A DNA stretch of 64,000 bases from Burkholderiales bacterium. GTDB lineage: Bacteria; Pseudomonadota; Gammaproteobacteria; Burkholderiales; JAEUOS01. The DNA lies in contig JBEIFV010000001.1 of NCBI GenBank assembly GCA_040382235.1, forward strand, positions 383 through 64,382, given 5' to 3'. The position numbers and the translations under genes are program-made. Positions 10,048 to 18,403 of the stretch are shown here, piece after piece. Below the pieces are notes generated by a model. The model searched no databases. It was not told where the DNA came from and saw only the letters and a program-made list of their open reading frames with translations. Each line of letters begins with the position of its first letter. Position 1 is the first letter of the stretch.

Positions 10048-10209
10048 CATGCATCGACGTATAAGTGACCCGGCAACCAACATGCGTTTCCCCCCAACTC
10101 CTCACGGTCGCAGCGACTGTATCGAGCCTGGTGCAGTTGCGCGCGGTTGGATGGCGCCACACATGAACGCTAATGTTACGGTCTGAACAACGATCAAAGG
10201 AGCGAACTC

Positions 10210-10431
10210 ATGACCAAAACCCTGACCGCCATTCTCGAACGAGAAGGCGATGGATTCGTCGCCTTGTGCCCGGAACTGGACATCGCAAGCCAGGGGAAGT
10301 CGCTTGAAGAGGCCAAGGTCAATTTGCGCGAGGCCGTCGAGTTGTTTTTCGAATGTGCCGACGAAAAGGAAACGGCCAACCGACTCAGCGGCGAGATTTA
10401 CGTGACCCAACTCGAGGTCGAGCTTGCCTAA
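10210..10431 (+). CDS. hicB: HicB-family antitoxin (UPF0150-type, no DNA-binding extension)
   Basis: 73 aa (MTKTLTAILEREGDGFVALCPELDIASQGKSLEEAKVNLREAVELF), a typical HicB N-domain. AAAGGAG RBS upstream. The 3-prime end overlaps the hicA TTG start. Confidence 0.8.
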   Translation: MTKTLTAILEREGDGFVALCPELDIASQGKSLEEAKVNLREAVELFFECADEKETANRLSGEIYVTQLEVELA

Positions 10432-10648
10432 GCTCAGAATTCTTTCAGGCGCCGAACTATGACGCCTGTTGGAACTGAATGGGTTCGTGAACGTACGGCA
10501 ACGCGGTAGTCACCGCGTGATGCAGAAAAAATCCGAGGGTGGGACGGTCACTGTGCCGGTGCCAATGCATGACGAAATAAAGATCGGCACGCTGCTTTCA
10601 ATCATTCGCCAGTCGGGTCTCGCCCGTACGCACTTTGAGTCCGAATAA
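10424..10648 (+). pseudogene. hicA: HicA-family mRNA interferase toxin with in-frame TGA at codon 13
   Basis: Not in the ORF track. My manual translation from TTG 10424 gives MPKLRILSGAEL*RLLELNGFVNVRQRGSHRVMQKKSEGGTVTVPVPMHDEIKIGTLLSIIRQSGLARTHFESE*. This is the canonical HicA pattern (GF..VRQRGSH...TVPVP.H.E...GTL.SI.RQ). The TGA is at 10460..10462. Confidence 0.75.
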
Positions 10649-10660
10649 AGTCGAGCAAAC

Positions 10661-11794
10661 TCAAGCAGCCAGCGCGCGCGCGATCAGGATGCGCTGGATA
10701 TCCGAAGCGCCTTCGTAAATCTGCGTCACACGCACATCACGATAGATGCGCTCGACCGGAAAGTCGGCCACGTACCCATAGCCACCGTGGATCTGGATCG
10801 CGTCCGAACACACCTTCTCGGCCATTTCCGAGGCGAAAAGCTTGGCCATCGCCGCCTCCTTCAGGCAGGGCCGACCGGCATCCTTCAGCACTGCGGCATG
10901 CAGCACCATCTGGCGCGCCACTTCCACTTGCGTGGCCATGTCGGCCAGGCGAAACTGCACCGCCTGGTGGTTGAACAAGGTCTGGCCGAAGGCCTCGCGT
11001 TCATTGGCGTAGCGCAGCGCCGCCTCGAAGGCCGCGCGTGCCATGCCCACGGCCTGGCTACCGATGCCGATGCGCCCGCCTTCGAGCGATGAAAGGGCAA
11101 TGCGATAGCCTTGGCCAGGTTCGCCGATCATGTTCTCGACCGGCACGCGGCAGTTTTCCAGCAGCACCTGTGCGGTGTCCGAGGCACGCTGGCCGAGCTT
11201 GTCTTCCACCCGCGGCACCGAATAGCCCGGGGAGTTGGTCGGCACCAGAAACGCCGTGATGCCGCGCTTGCCGGCGCCACGGTCGGTGACCGCGAAGACG
11301 ATGGTCACGTCGCCGTTCTTGCCCGAGGTGATGAACTGCTTGGCGCCGTCGATCACGTAGTGGTCGCCGTCCTTCTTCGCGGTTGTCTTGAGGGCCGAGG
11401 CGTCCGAGCCGGCATGCGGTTCGGTGAGCGCGAAAGCGCCCAGCATGCGGCCCTGCGCCAGGGGCTTCAACCAGGTTTCCTTCTGCTCGGGCGTGCCATA
11501 GTTGAGCAGGATGTTGCACACCGGGCAGTTGTTGACCGACAGTACGGTGGAAGTGGCCGCATCGCCTGCGGCCACCTCTTCCAGCGACACGGCCAACGCG
11601 GTGTAGTCGAGCCCGGCACCGCCGAATTCCTCGGGCACGAACACGCCATAAAGGCCGAGCGCCGCCAGGCCCTTCAAGGCGGCGGCCGGAAAGGCGGCGT
11701 CGCGGTCGCGCTGCGCGGCGCCCGGCGCGACCTCGGCGGCCACATAGGCACGCACCGCATCGCGGATCTGTTCGTGTTCGGGAGAAATGATCAT
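10661..11794 (-). CDS. Short/branched-chain acyl-CoA dehydrogenase
   Basis: 377 aa. ACAD motifs are LTEPHAGSDA, FITSG and the QIHGGYGYV..FPVERIYRDVRVTQIYEGASDIQ C-terminus. Confidence 0.9.
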   Translation of the reverse strand: MIISPEHEQIRDAVRAYVAAEVAPGAAQRDRDAAFPAAALKGLAALGLYGVFVPEEFGGAGLDYTALAVSLEEVAAGDAATSTVLSVNNCPVCNILLNYGTPEQKETWLKPLAQGRMLGAFALTEPHAGSDASALKTTAKKDGDHYVIDGAKQFITSGKNGDVTIVFAVTDRGAGKRGITAFLVPTNSPGYSVPRVEDKLGQRASDTAQVLLENCRVPVENMIGEPGQGYRIALSSLEGGRIGIGSQAVGMARAAFEAALRYANEREAFGQTLFNHQAVQFRLADMATQVEVARQMVLHAAVLKDAGRPCLKEAAMAKLFASEMAEKVCSDAIQIHGGYGYVADFPVERIYRDVRVTQIYEGASDIQRILIARALAA

Positions 11795-11882
11795 CGGGAC
11801 TCTTGCGTGGGACTTGAAGGTACGGCCACAAGCCAGGGCACGTCACCGTTGCGGTAACCCGGCCCCGGCCCGCTTTACCGCG

Positions 11883-13079
11883 TCACATCAATTCGACAGC
11901 CACCGCGGTGGCTTCACCGCCGCCGATACACAAGCTTGCCACACCGCGCTTGCCGCCGGTTTTTTTCAGGGCACCGATCAGCGTGACGATCAGGCGCGCA
12001 CCGGACGCGCCGATCGGGTGGCCCAGGGCACAGGCGCCGCCGTGGATGTTTACCTTGGCATGCGGAATGCCGTGTTCCTTCATCGCCGCCATCGCCACCA
12101 CCGCGAAGGCTTCGTTGATTTCGAACAGGTCGACCGTGCCGGTATTCCAGCCGCACTTGGCGTACAGCTTTTCGATCGCGCCCACCGGTGCGGTGGTAAA
12201 CCACTGCGGCTCTTGCGAGTGGGTGGCATGCGCCACCAGCCTGGCCACCGGCGCGAGGCCCAGCTTCGCAGCGGTGGAGGCACGCATCATCACCATGGCG
12301 GCGGCGCCGTCGGAAATCGAGGACGAGGTGGCGGCAGTCACGGTGCCGTCCTTGCGGAAGGCGGGCTTGAGCGTGGGCACCTTGTCGATGTTCGATTTGA
12401 ATGGTTGCTCGTCCTTATCGATCACCACGTCGCCCTTCTTGCCGGCCACCGTGATCGGGGCGACTTCCCATTTGAAGCTGCCGTCGTTGTTGGCGGCGAT
12501 CGCGCGCTTGGTCGACTCGATCGCGTAGGCGTCCTGCTCCTCGCGGGTGAAGGTGTATTTGCCGGCGCAATCCTCGGCGAACTGGCCCATCGACTTGCCA
12601 CCGCCGTTGGGGGTTTTCTCGTAGGCGTCTTCCAGGCCATCGAGCGCCATGTGGTCGAACATGGTGGCATGCCCGTAACGATAGCCACCACGGCCTTTAA
12701 GCACCATGTACGGTGCGTTGGTCATCGATTCCATGCCGCCGGCCACCACGATATCGGCGCTGCCGGCGGTCAACAAGTCATGGGCGAACATGGCGGCCTT
12801 CATGCCTGAACCGCACACCTTGTTGATGGTGGTGGCACCAGTGGATTTAGGCAGGCCGGCGCCGAGCGTGGCCTGGCGCGCAGGCGCCTGGCCCTGTCCG
12901 GCCGGCAGCACGCAACCCATGATGACTTCCTGAATTTGCTCAGGCTTCAAACCGGCACGTTCGACCGCGGCCTTGATCGCGTGGCTGCCCAGCTGGTGGC
13001 CGGCGAAACCCGCGAGTTCGCCCTGCATGGCGCCCACCGGAGTGCGGGCAACGGAGACGATGACGATGGGATCGGACAT
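11883..13079 (-). CDS. Acetyl-CoA C-acetyl/acyltransferase (thiolase II)
   Basis: 398 aa. Has the active-site region INKVCGSGMKA and C-terminal NIHGGACALGHPIGASGAR and GGGEATA. Confidence 0.92.
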   Translation of the reverse strand: MSDPIVIVSVARTPVGAMQGELAGFAGHQLGSHAIKAAVERAGLKPEQIQEVIMGCVLPAGQGQAPARQATLGAGLPKSTGATTINKVCGSGMKAAMFAHDLLTAGSADIVVAGGMESMTNAPYMVLKGRGGYRYGHATMFDHMALDGLEDAYEKTPNGGGKSMGQFAEDCAGKYTFTREEQDAYAIESTKRAIAANNDGSFKWEVAPITVAGKKGDVVIDKDEQPFKSNIDKVPTLKPAFRKDGTVTAATSSSISDGAAAMVMMRASTAAKLGLAPVARLVAHATHSQEPQWFTTAPVGAIEKLYAKCGWNTGTVDLFEINEAFAVVAMAAMKEHGIPHAKVNIHGGACALGHPIGASGARLIVTLIGALKKTGGKRGVASLCIGGGEATAVAVELM

Positions 13080-13091
13080 GGTGATTCCTTT

Positions 13092-13499
13092 CTACTGATT
13101 GAAAGTCATGATTTTGCCAACCGTGGTGAGCACGACCTCACCCGACTGGTTGGTAATGCTGCCGTCGAGTGTAACGATGTTGCCTCGCGACTTGGGCTCG
13201 ATGTGCGTCACAACCCATTTCAACTCGATTGTATCGCCCGGCCGCACCGGCTTTAGCAGATTGACCTGGAACTCGATGCCCACCTGCGGCCCGTGCCGGG
13301 TGTAGTGGCTGGCCAGCACCCCCATCAACAGCGACAGGTAATGCGGGCCGCAGGCGATGATGCCGCCAAAGCGGGTGGCGGCGGCGTACTCGGGGTCATG
13401 GTGCAGGGGATTCATGTCCTCGCATATGGTGGCGAAGCGGCTGATCTCTTCTAGCGTGATGTGCTTGACGCGCAGAGCGGTTTCGCCGATGGCGATCAT
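13092..13499 (-). CDS. MaoC-like (R)-specific enoyl-CoA hydratase/dehydratase, hot-dog fold
   Basis: 135 aa with the MaoC motif DMNPLHHDPEYAA...FGGIIACG. The start overlaps the carbonic anhydrase stop by 4 nt. Confidence 0.8.
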   Translation of the reverse strand: MIAIGETALRVKHITLEEISRFATICEDMNPLHHDPEYAAATRFGGIIACGPHYLSLLMGVLASHYTRHGPQVGIEFQVNLLKPVRPGDTIELKWVVTHIEPKSRGNIVTLDGSITNQSGEVVLTTVGKIMTFNQ

Positions 13500-14158
13500 G
13501 CCGGCCTCGCGTGTTCATGTACCTGCTTGAGTGCCGCACCCAGCACCGGCCCGGCCTCGGCGGCGCTGTCTACCGTGGTTTCGAGATCGCGCAACAAGCC
13601 GTTGTCGACGCCATAGACCCAGCCATGCACGGCCAGCGGCTGGCCGCGTGCCCAGGCATCCTGCACCGCGGTGGTCTGACACACATTCTTCACCTGCTCG
13701 ATCACGTTGAGTTCGCACAGGGCATCGTGCTTGGCGACTTCGGCTGCGATCGATCCAAGATAGGCACCATGCTTTTCGCCCACGTCCTGAATGTGCCGCA
13801 GCCAGTTGTCGGCCAGGCCAACCTTTCGCCCGGTGAGCGCGGCATGCACGCTGGAGCAGCCATAGTGCCCGCACACGATGATGTGGCGCACATGCAGCAG
13901 ATCGACCGCGAATTCGATCACCGACAGGCAGTTGAGATCGGTATGCACCACCACGTTGGCGATGTTGCGATGGACGAACACCTCGCCCGGCGCCAGGCCG
14001 ATGATCTGGTTGGCCGGAACGCGCGAATCCGAGCAGCCGATCCACAGGTACTGCGGGCTTTGCTGGTGCGCCAGGCGCTTGAAGAAATCGGGGTCCTCGC
14101 GCGTGACCTCCGCCACCCAGGTGCGGTTGTTGTCGAACAGGGCTTCGAGCGAGCGCAT
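13496..14158 (-). CDS. can: Beta-class carbonic anhydrase
   Basis: 220 aa. Has CSDSRVP, FVHRNIANVV and the HYGCSSV zinc-ligand pattern of beta-CA. Confidence 0.9.
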   Translation of the reverse strand: MRSLEALFDNNRTWVAEVTREDPDFFKRLAHQQSPQYLWIGCSDSRVPANQIIGLAPGEVFVHRNIANVVVHTDLNCLSVIEFAVDLLHVRHIIVCGHYGCSSVHAALTGRKVGLADNWLRHIQDVGEKHGAYLGSIAAEVAKHDALCELNVIEQVKNVCQTTAVQDAWARGQPLAVHGWVYGVDNGLLRDLETTVDSAAEAGPVLGAALKQVHEHARPA

Positions 14159-14288
14159 GCGGGTTCAGTGCCGGCGCGCGTCAACCGGCAACCAGCCTTG
14201 CACGATCATCCAGGACGGGATGCGTACCAGGAAACCCTCGACCAAGATGCCGATCAAATTCGTTGGCACGCTGGCAGCGACGAAGGAC

Positions 14289-14501
14289 TCAAGCAAAAAT
14301 CAAACGCCCACGCGGCGCCGGAACCGGCCGGCCCAACGATCGCGCGGTCTCGATCCATCCGGCAATGACTGTTTCGACATTGGCCAGCGCTTTTGCATAA
14401 CTCGCGCCGTCGGCCGCGCAACCCGGAAGTTCCGGCGCTTGCGCCACGCAAGCCGAATCGTCCTCGCTCCAGTAGATGATTACTTCATATTTCACTTGCA
14501 T
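14289..14501 (-). CDS. hicB: HicB-family antitoxin
   Basis: 70 aa (MQVKYEVIIYWSEDDSACVAQAPELPGCAADGASYAKALANVETVIAGWIETARSLGRPVP), a typical HicB N-domain. Confidence 0.8.
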   Translation of the reverse strand: MQVKYEVIIYWSEDDSACVAQAPELPGCAADGASYAKALANVETVIAGWIETARSLGRPVPAPRGRLIFA

Positions 14502-14757
14502 CTTCGCTGTCCTTGGCCAATCGATACTTGACGATCACATCGCGCACTTGCTTAACCTGGCAGGGCTTCGCCTGGCCGTTCTATTCCTGCAAATTGAGGA
14601 TTTCATCAATGTCGCGACGGTGAAAAATGTGATGCCCGCCTTTGACCCGCTCAGTGAGTCCAAGGCGCAGCAGCACGCCGCACAGGTCCGAGAATGCCAG
14701 ATTTCGGTCACTCGCACCCGACAGAATGCGCGCAACAAGTTTCGAGAACGCGACCAT
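14485..14757 (-). pseudogene. hicA: HicA-family toxin interrupted by in-frame TAG (codon 59)
   Basis: Track ORF 14581..14787 (I use the internal Met at 14757, MVAFSKLVARILSG...FSDLCGVLLRLGLTERVKGGHHIFHRRDIDEILNLQE) stops at TAG 14581..14583. The same frame continues NGQAKPCQVKQVRDVIVKYRLAKDSEDASEI* to 14485 and overlaps the hicB ATG. That conserved-looking HicA C-terminus lies after the stop. Confidence 0.7.
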
Positions 14758-14761
14758 CCGT

Positions 14762-15940
14762 CTACCTGGTCTCGGCAAACAATTCACGCCCGATCAGCAT
14801 GCGCCTGATTTCCGAGGTGCCGGCGCCGATCTCGTAGAGCTTGGCATCGCGCCACAGGCGCCCGGCGGGGTAGTCATAGGTGTAACCGACGCCGCCCAGC
14901 GCCTGGATCGCCTCGCCCGCCATCCAGGTGGCCTTCTCGGCGGTGTAGAGAATCACGCCGGCGCAATCCTTGCGCGCGGCGGTACCGATGAGGCTGCCGC
15001 GATCCAGCGCCTCGCCCACCGCATAGGCATAAGCACGACAGGCCGACCAGGTGGAATACATGTCGGCCAGCTTGCCCTGCATCAGCTGGAACTCGCCGAT
15101 CGGCTGGCCGAACTGCTTGCGTTCATGCAGGTAGGGCACGGTGACGTCCAGGCAGGCCGCCATGATGCCCAGCGGGCCGCCGGCCAACACCGCGCGCTCA
15201 TAGTCGAGCCCGCTCATGAGCACGTTGACGCCCCGGCCCAAACCGCCCAGCACATTCTCTGCCGGCACGGCGCAATCCTGGAACACCAGTTCGCAGGTGT
15301 TGGAGCCGCGCATGCCCAGCTTGTCGAGCTTCTGCGCGGTGGAAAAGCCCGGCATGCCCTTTTCGATCAGGAAGGCGGTGATGCCGCGCGGCCCGGCTTC
15401 GAGATCGTTCTTGGCATACACCACCAGGGTATCGGCATCGGGCCCATTGGTGATCCACATCTTGTTGCCGTTCAACACCCAGCGGTCGCCCTTCCAGTCG
15501 GCGCGGGTGCGCATGCCCACCACATCCGAGCCGGCGCCCGGCTCGCTCATCGCCAGCGCACCCACCTGCTCACCGGAGATCAGGCCCGGCAGGTATTTGC
15601 GTTTTTGCGCTTCGGTGCCGTTGCGGCGGATCTGGTTCACGCAGAGGTTGGAATGCGCGCCATACGACAAGCCGACCGAGGCCGAGCCGCGCGAGATTTC
15701 CTCCACCGCGATGATGTGCGCCAAGTAGCCCATCTGCGTGCCGCCGTATTCTTCTTCGACGGTCATTCCCAGCACGCCCAGGTCACCCAGCTTTTTCCAC
15801 AAATCCATCGGAAACTGGTTGGAGCGGTCGATCTCGGCGGCGCGCGGCGTGATTTCCCTGGACACGAAATCCTGCAGGCTATCGCGCAGGGCGCGCACTT
15901 CGTCGGAGTGGTTGAAGGTCAGGGCATTCAAGTTCTGCAT
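14762..15940 (-). CDS. ivd: Isovaleryl-CoA dehydrogenase
   Basis: 392 aa. The N-terminus [41 protein letters not shown] is highly IVD-like. ACAD motifs are MSEPGAGSD and [34 protein letters not shown]. It sits downstream of a LiuR-type regulator. Confidence 0.9.
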   Translation of the reverse strand: MQNLNALTFNHSDEVRALRDSLQDFVSREITPRAAEIDRSNQFPMDLWKKLGDLGVLGMTVEEEYGGTQMGYLAHIIAVEEISRGSASVGLSYGAHSNLCVNQIRRNGTEAQKRKYLPGLISGEQVGALAMSEPGAGSDVVGMRTRADWKGDRWVLNGNKMWITNGPDADTLVVYAKNDLEAGPRGITAFLIEKGMPGFSTAQKLDKLGMRGSNTCELVFQDCAVPAENVLGGLGRGVNVLMSGLDYERAVLAGGPLGIMAACLDVTVPYLHERKQFGQPIGEFQLMQGKLADMYSTWSACRAYAYAVGEALDRGSLIGTAARKDCAGVILYTAEKATWMAGEAIQALGGVGYTYDYPAGRLWRDAKLYEIGAGTSEIRRMLIGRELFAETR

Positions 15941-15967
15941 GGCGGTTCCTTGCGGGCAGGCGGCGCT

Positions 15968-16441
15968 TTAGGCGCGGCGGGTATCGGGCACGCCACGCAT
16001 CACGATCAGGGTCTGCTGCATGGTAGCGCACAGTTTCTCGATGCCGTCCTTGACTGCGAACACATCGCCCTGGGTGATCACCAGCGTCTTGCCGGACTTG
16101 ATCACGCGCGCGCGCGCCACCAGTTTCTCGCCGTGCGCGGGATTGAGCATGTTGATCTTGTATTCGACCGTGAGCGGGCTGGAATCGGCCGGCATCAGCG
16201 AGAACGCCGCATAGCCGGCGGCGCTGTCGGCGATCATGCCGGTGATGCCGCCATGGATGAAGCCGTGCTGCTGGGTCAGGCCCTCCTTGTGCGGCAGGGT
16301 GACTTCGCAATAGCCCGGCTCGATCCCGGTGATCGAAGCGCCGATCATGTGCATCGCCGGCTGCCGCCCGAAGCTGTCCAGCACACGCTCGGCGTAGCCT
16401 GCATCGGCAGCGGCGAAAACAGGGGAGGGAGAGGGAGGCAT
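15968..16441 (-). CDS. PaaI-family hot-dog thioesterase
   Basis: 157 aa with the motif GFIHGGITGMIADSAAGYAA, typical of PaaI/4HBT-type thioesterases. Confidence 0.8.
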   Translation of the reverse strand: MPPSPSPVFAAADAGYAERVLDSFGRQPAMHMIGASITGIEPGYCEVTLPHKEGLTQQHGFIHGGITGMIADSAAGYAAFSLMPADSSPLTVEYKINMLNPAHGEKLVARARVIKSGKTLVITQGDVFAVKDGIEKLCATMQQTLIVMRGVPDTRRA

Positions 16442-16479
16442 GGCGGAGCGCGAGGCGCAAAGGTCGGATCGGGAGGCGC

Positions 16480-16508
16480 AATCTACTTGACGTTTACGTA
16501 AACGTCAA
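16480..16508 (-). promoter_or_regulatory. Sigma70-like promoter overlapped by a perfect 22-bp palindrome (candidate LiuR/MerR operator)
   Basis: TTGACGTTTACGTAAACGTCAA (16487..16508) is its own reverse complement. On the minus strand it reads TTGACG-N17-TAGATT, 39 nt upstream of the thioesterase-ivd start. It lies directly downstream of the MerR-family gene. Confidence 0.65.
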
Positions 16509-16535
16509 TGGGCCGCGGCCCGCACGGATTGCAAG

Positions 16536-16946
16536 TCAGGCGCCGCGTCGCCCACCCTTTTCGCCCAGGCGCTTCCTGCACTGACTCTCGAAAGCGCCGA
16601 TTTCCTTCAACTGCGCCTCGATGTCGACCTGCTGTTGTTCAAGTTGCGCGCGATGCGAGCCCAGCACCTGCAGGAACTTGGCCAGTTGCGCGGCCTCGTC
16701 GCGCGGGCTTTCGTACATGTCGATCAGCTCGCGGATGTCCGAAAGCGACAACCCCAGGCGCTTGCCGCGCAGCGTGAGCTTCAAGCGCGTGCGATCGCGC
16801 GTGGTGTATACCCGGCTTTTGCCCGAGCCTTCGCGCGCAGGCGCGAGCAGTCCCTGGTCTTCATAGAAGCGGATGGCGCGCGGCGTGATGTCGAACTCAC
16901 GCGAAAGCTCGGTGATGGTGTAGGTCTGGCTCAAGCTGGAATCCAT
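16536..16946 (-). CDS. liuR: MerR-family transcriptional regulator, LiuR-like
   Basis: Internal Met at 16946. YTITELSREFDITPRAIRFYEDQGLLAPAR is a MerR HTH, followed by a coiled-coil C-terminus. It is positioned at the head of the ivd cluster. Confidence 0.85.
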   Translation of the reverse strand: MDSSLSQTYTITELSREFDITPRAIRFYEDQGLLAPAREGSGKSRVYTTRDRTRLKLTLRGKRLGLSLSDIRELIDMYESPRDEAAQLAKFLQVLGSHRAQLEQQQVDIEAQLKEIGAFESQCRKRLGEKGGRRGA

Positions 16947-17088
16947 CGACCGTGTCCAAAAACATGACAGCCTCGCCCGTGGCATGCTTTTGTCATTGAT
17001 TTTGCAATTCCCGATAAACCCGAGTTGTTGTGACCATTGAACCGGCCTATCTTCGTGGCCGCGCCCCGCGTGAGAGAATCCGGGGTTA

Positions 17089-17102
17089 CGTTTACGTAAA
17101 CG
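17089..17102. promoter_or_regulatory. Second copy of the operator core (14-bp perfect palindrome CGTTTACGTAAACG)
   Basis: It shares the core of the 16487..16508 palindrome. It lies in the divergent region between liuR (start 16946) and the MBL-fold gene (start 17117). Confidence 0.55.
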
Positions 17103-17116
17103 GAAAGTGTACCCAA

Positions 17117-18202
17117 ATGGCTGCCGTGATGCAGAGCAAGGCCGAACGCCCCGAAGAAGCGGCCCTTACATACCCCTTCCCGCGCATTCCCGAGCCGGGC
17201 GAAACTATTCAAGTGGCACCCGGTGTGCATTGGCTGCGCATGAAACTGCCGTTCGCGCTCGACCACATCAACCTGTGGCTGTTGGCGGACAACATCGACG
17301 GCATTCCCTGCTGGACCGCGGTTGACTGCGGCGTCGGCCTGAAGCCCACGCGCGATGCCTGGGAAACCATTTTCGCTTCCGGCCTTGAAGGCCGCCCGAT
17401 CAAGCGGGTGATCATCACCCATGCCCATCCCGACCACATCGGCAACGCCGACTGGCTGTGCGCCCGCTTCGCCGACCATGGCTGCCGCCTGACCGCCACG
17501 GCCGGCGAATACCTGTGGGGGCGGGTGATCCAGAGCGGCATGAGCGGCTTCGACAACGATGCGCAGGTCGAGCACTTCCGGCGCCATGGATTGTCGGACA
17601 CCATGTGCGAGGAAATCCGCGAAAACCGCAAGAGCTACTTCAAGACCCTGGTGCCATCGGTGCCGCTGACCTTCGATCGCATGCGCGCCGGCGAAACGCT
17701 TTCGATCGGCAGCCGCGCCTGGCAGGTGCACTGCGGCTTCGGTCACTCATCCGAACATGCCTCGCTCTATTGCCCCGAACTCAACATGGTGATCGCCGGC
17801 GACATGCTGCTGCCGCGCATTTCGACCAACGTCGGTGTGTGGCCCAATGAGCCACAGGCCAATGCGCTGCAGTGGTTTCTCGATGCACTGGCGCTCTACG
17901 AGAGCCTGCCGGCAGATGTACTGGTGCTGCCCTCCCACGGCCGGCTGTTTCGCGGCGCGCATGAGCGGGTCGGCCAGTTGCGCGCGCACCATGCGGCGCG
18001 CCTGGCTGAAACCCTGGCTGCCTGCGACCAGCCGCGCAGCGCCGCCGACATCATCCCGCTGATGTTCAACCGTGAGCTCGATGCGCACCAGACCACCTTT
18101 GCCATCGGCGAGGCGCTGGCGCATTTGCACTACCTGCGGGGCGAGGGCAAGGTCGCAAGCCGTACTGATGATGATGACGTCATCCGCTTCATGCGCACTT
18201 GA
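17117..18202 (+). CDS. MBL-fold metallo-hydrolase
   Basis: The ORF-track start at 17030 would cover the operator, so I use ATG 17117 (MAAVMQSK). It has the ITHAHPDHIGN metallo-beta-lactamase motif. Confidence 0.8.
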   Translation: MAAVMQSKAERPEEAALTYPFPRIPEPGETIQVAPGVHWLRMKLPFALDHINLWLLADNIDGIPCWTAVDCGVGLKPTRDAWETIFASGLEGRPIKRVIITHAHPDHIGNADWLCARFADHGCRLTATAGEYLWGRVIQSGMSGFDNDAQVEHFRRHGLSDTMCEEIRENRKSYFKTLVPSVPLTFDRMRAGETLSIGSRAWQVHCGFGHSSEHASLYCPELNMVIAGDMLLPRISTNVGVWPNEPQANALQWFLDALALYESLPADVLVLPSHGRLFRGAHERVGQLRAHHAARLAETLAACDQPRSAADIIPLMFNRELDAHQTTFAIGEALAHLHYLRGEGKVASRTDDDDVIRFMRT

Positions 18203-18403
18203 GCACAAAGATCACCGCAGCCTGAATGCACTTGTACTCTCCGGCGGCTGCTGACGTGTTTGCAGAGCGGCCGCTGGAAACATCGTGTCCCGCCGACCCC
18301 ATGCCGGTCAAGCACGGCGCTGCGTCTGGCTGCACCGCAGTCAGCTTCATGAAATCCCGAGGTGCTACCCTTGCGCTCTTGAGCAATATCCAGGAGCTTC
18401 CGC

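Noticed and set aside
10460-10462. TGA in hicA-1 as a selenocysteine codon
   Set aside because: I found no SECIS-like hairpin immediately downstream, HicA is not a known selenoprotein family, and no sel genes are nearby. A nonsense mutation is far more likely.
14642-16501. 619-aa ORF on the plus strand
   Set aside because: It is antisense to ivd and the PaaI thioesterase. The translation is low-complexity (runs of A/G/R/H), so it is a shadow ORF.
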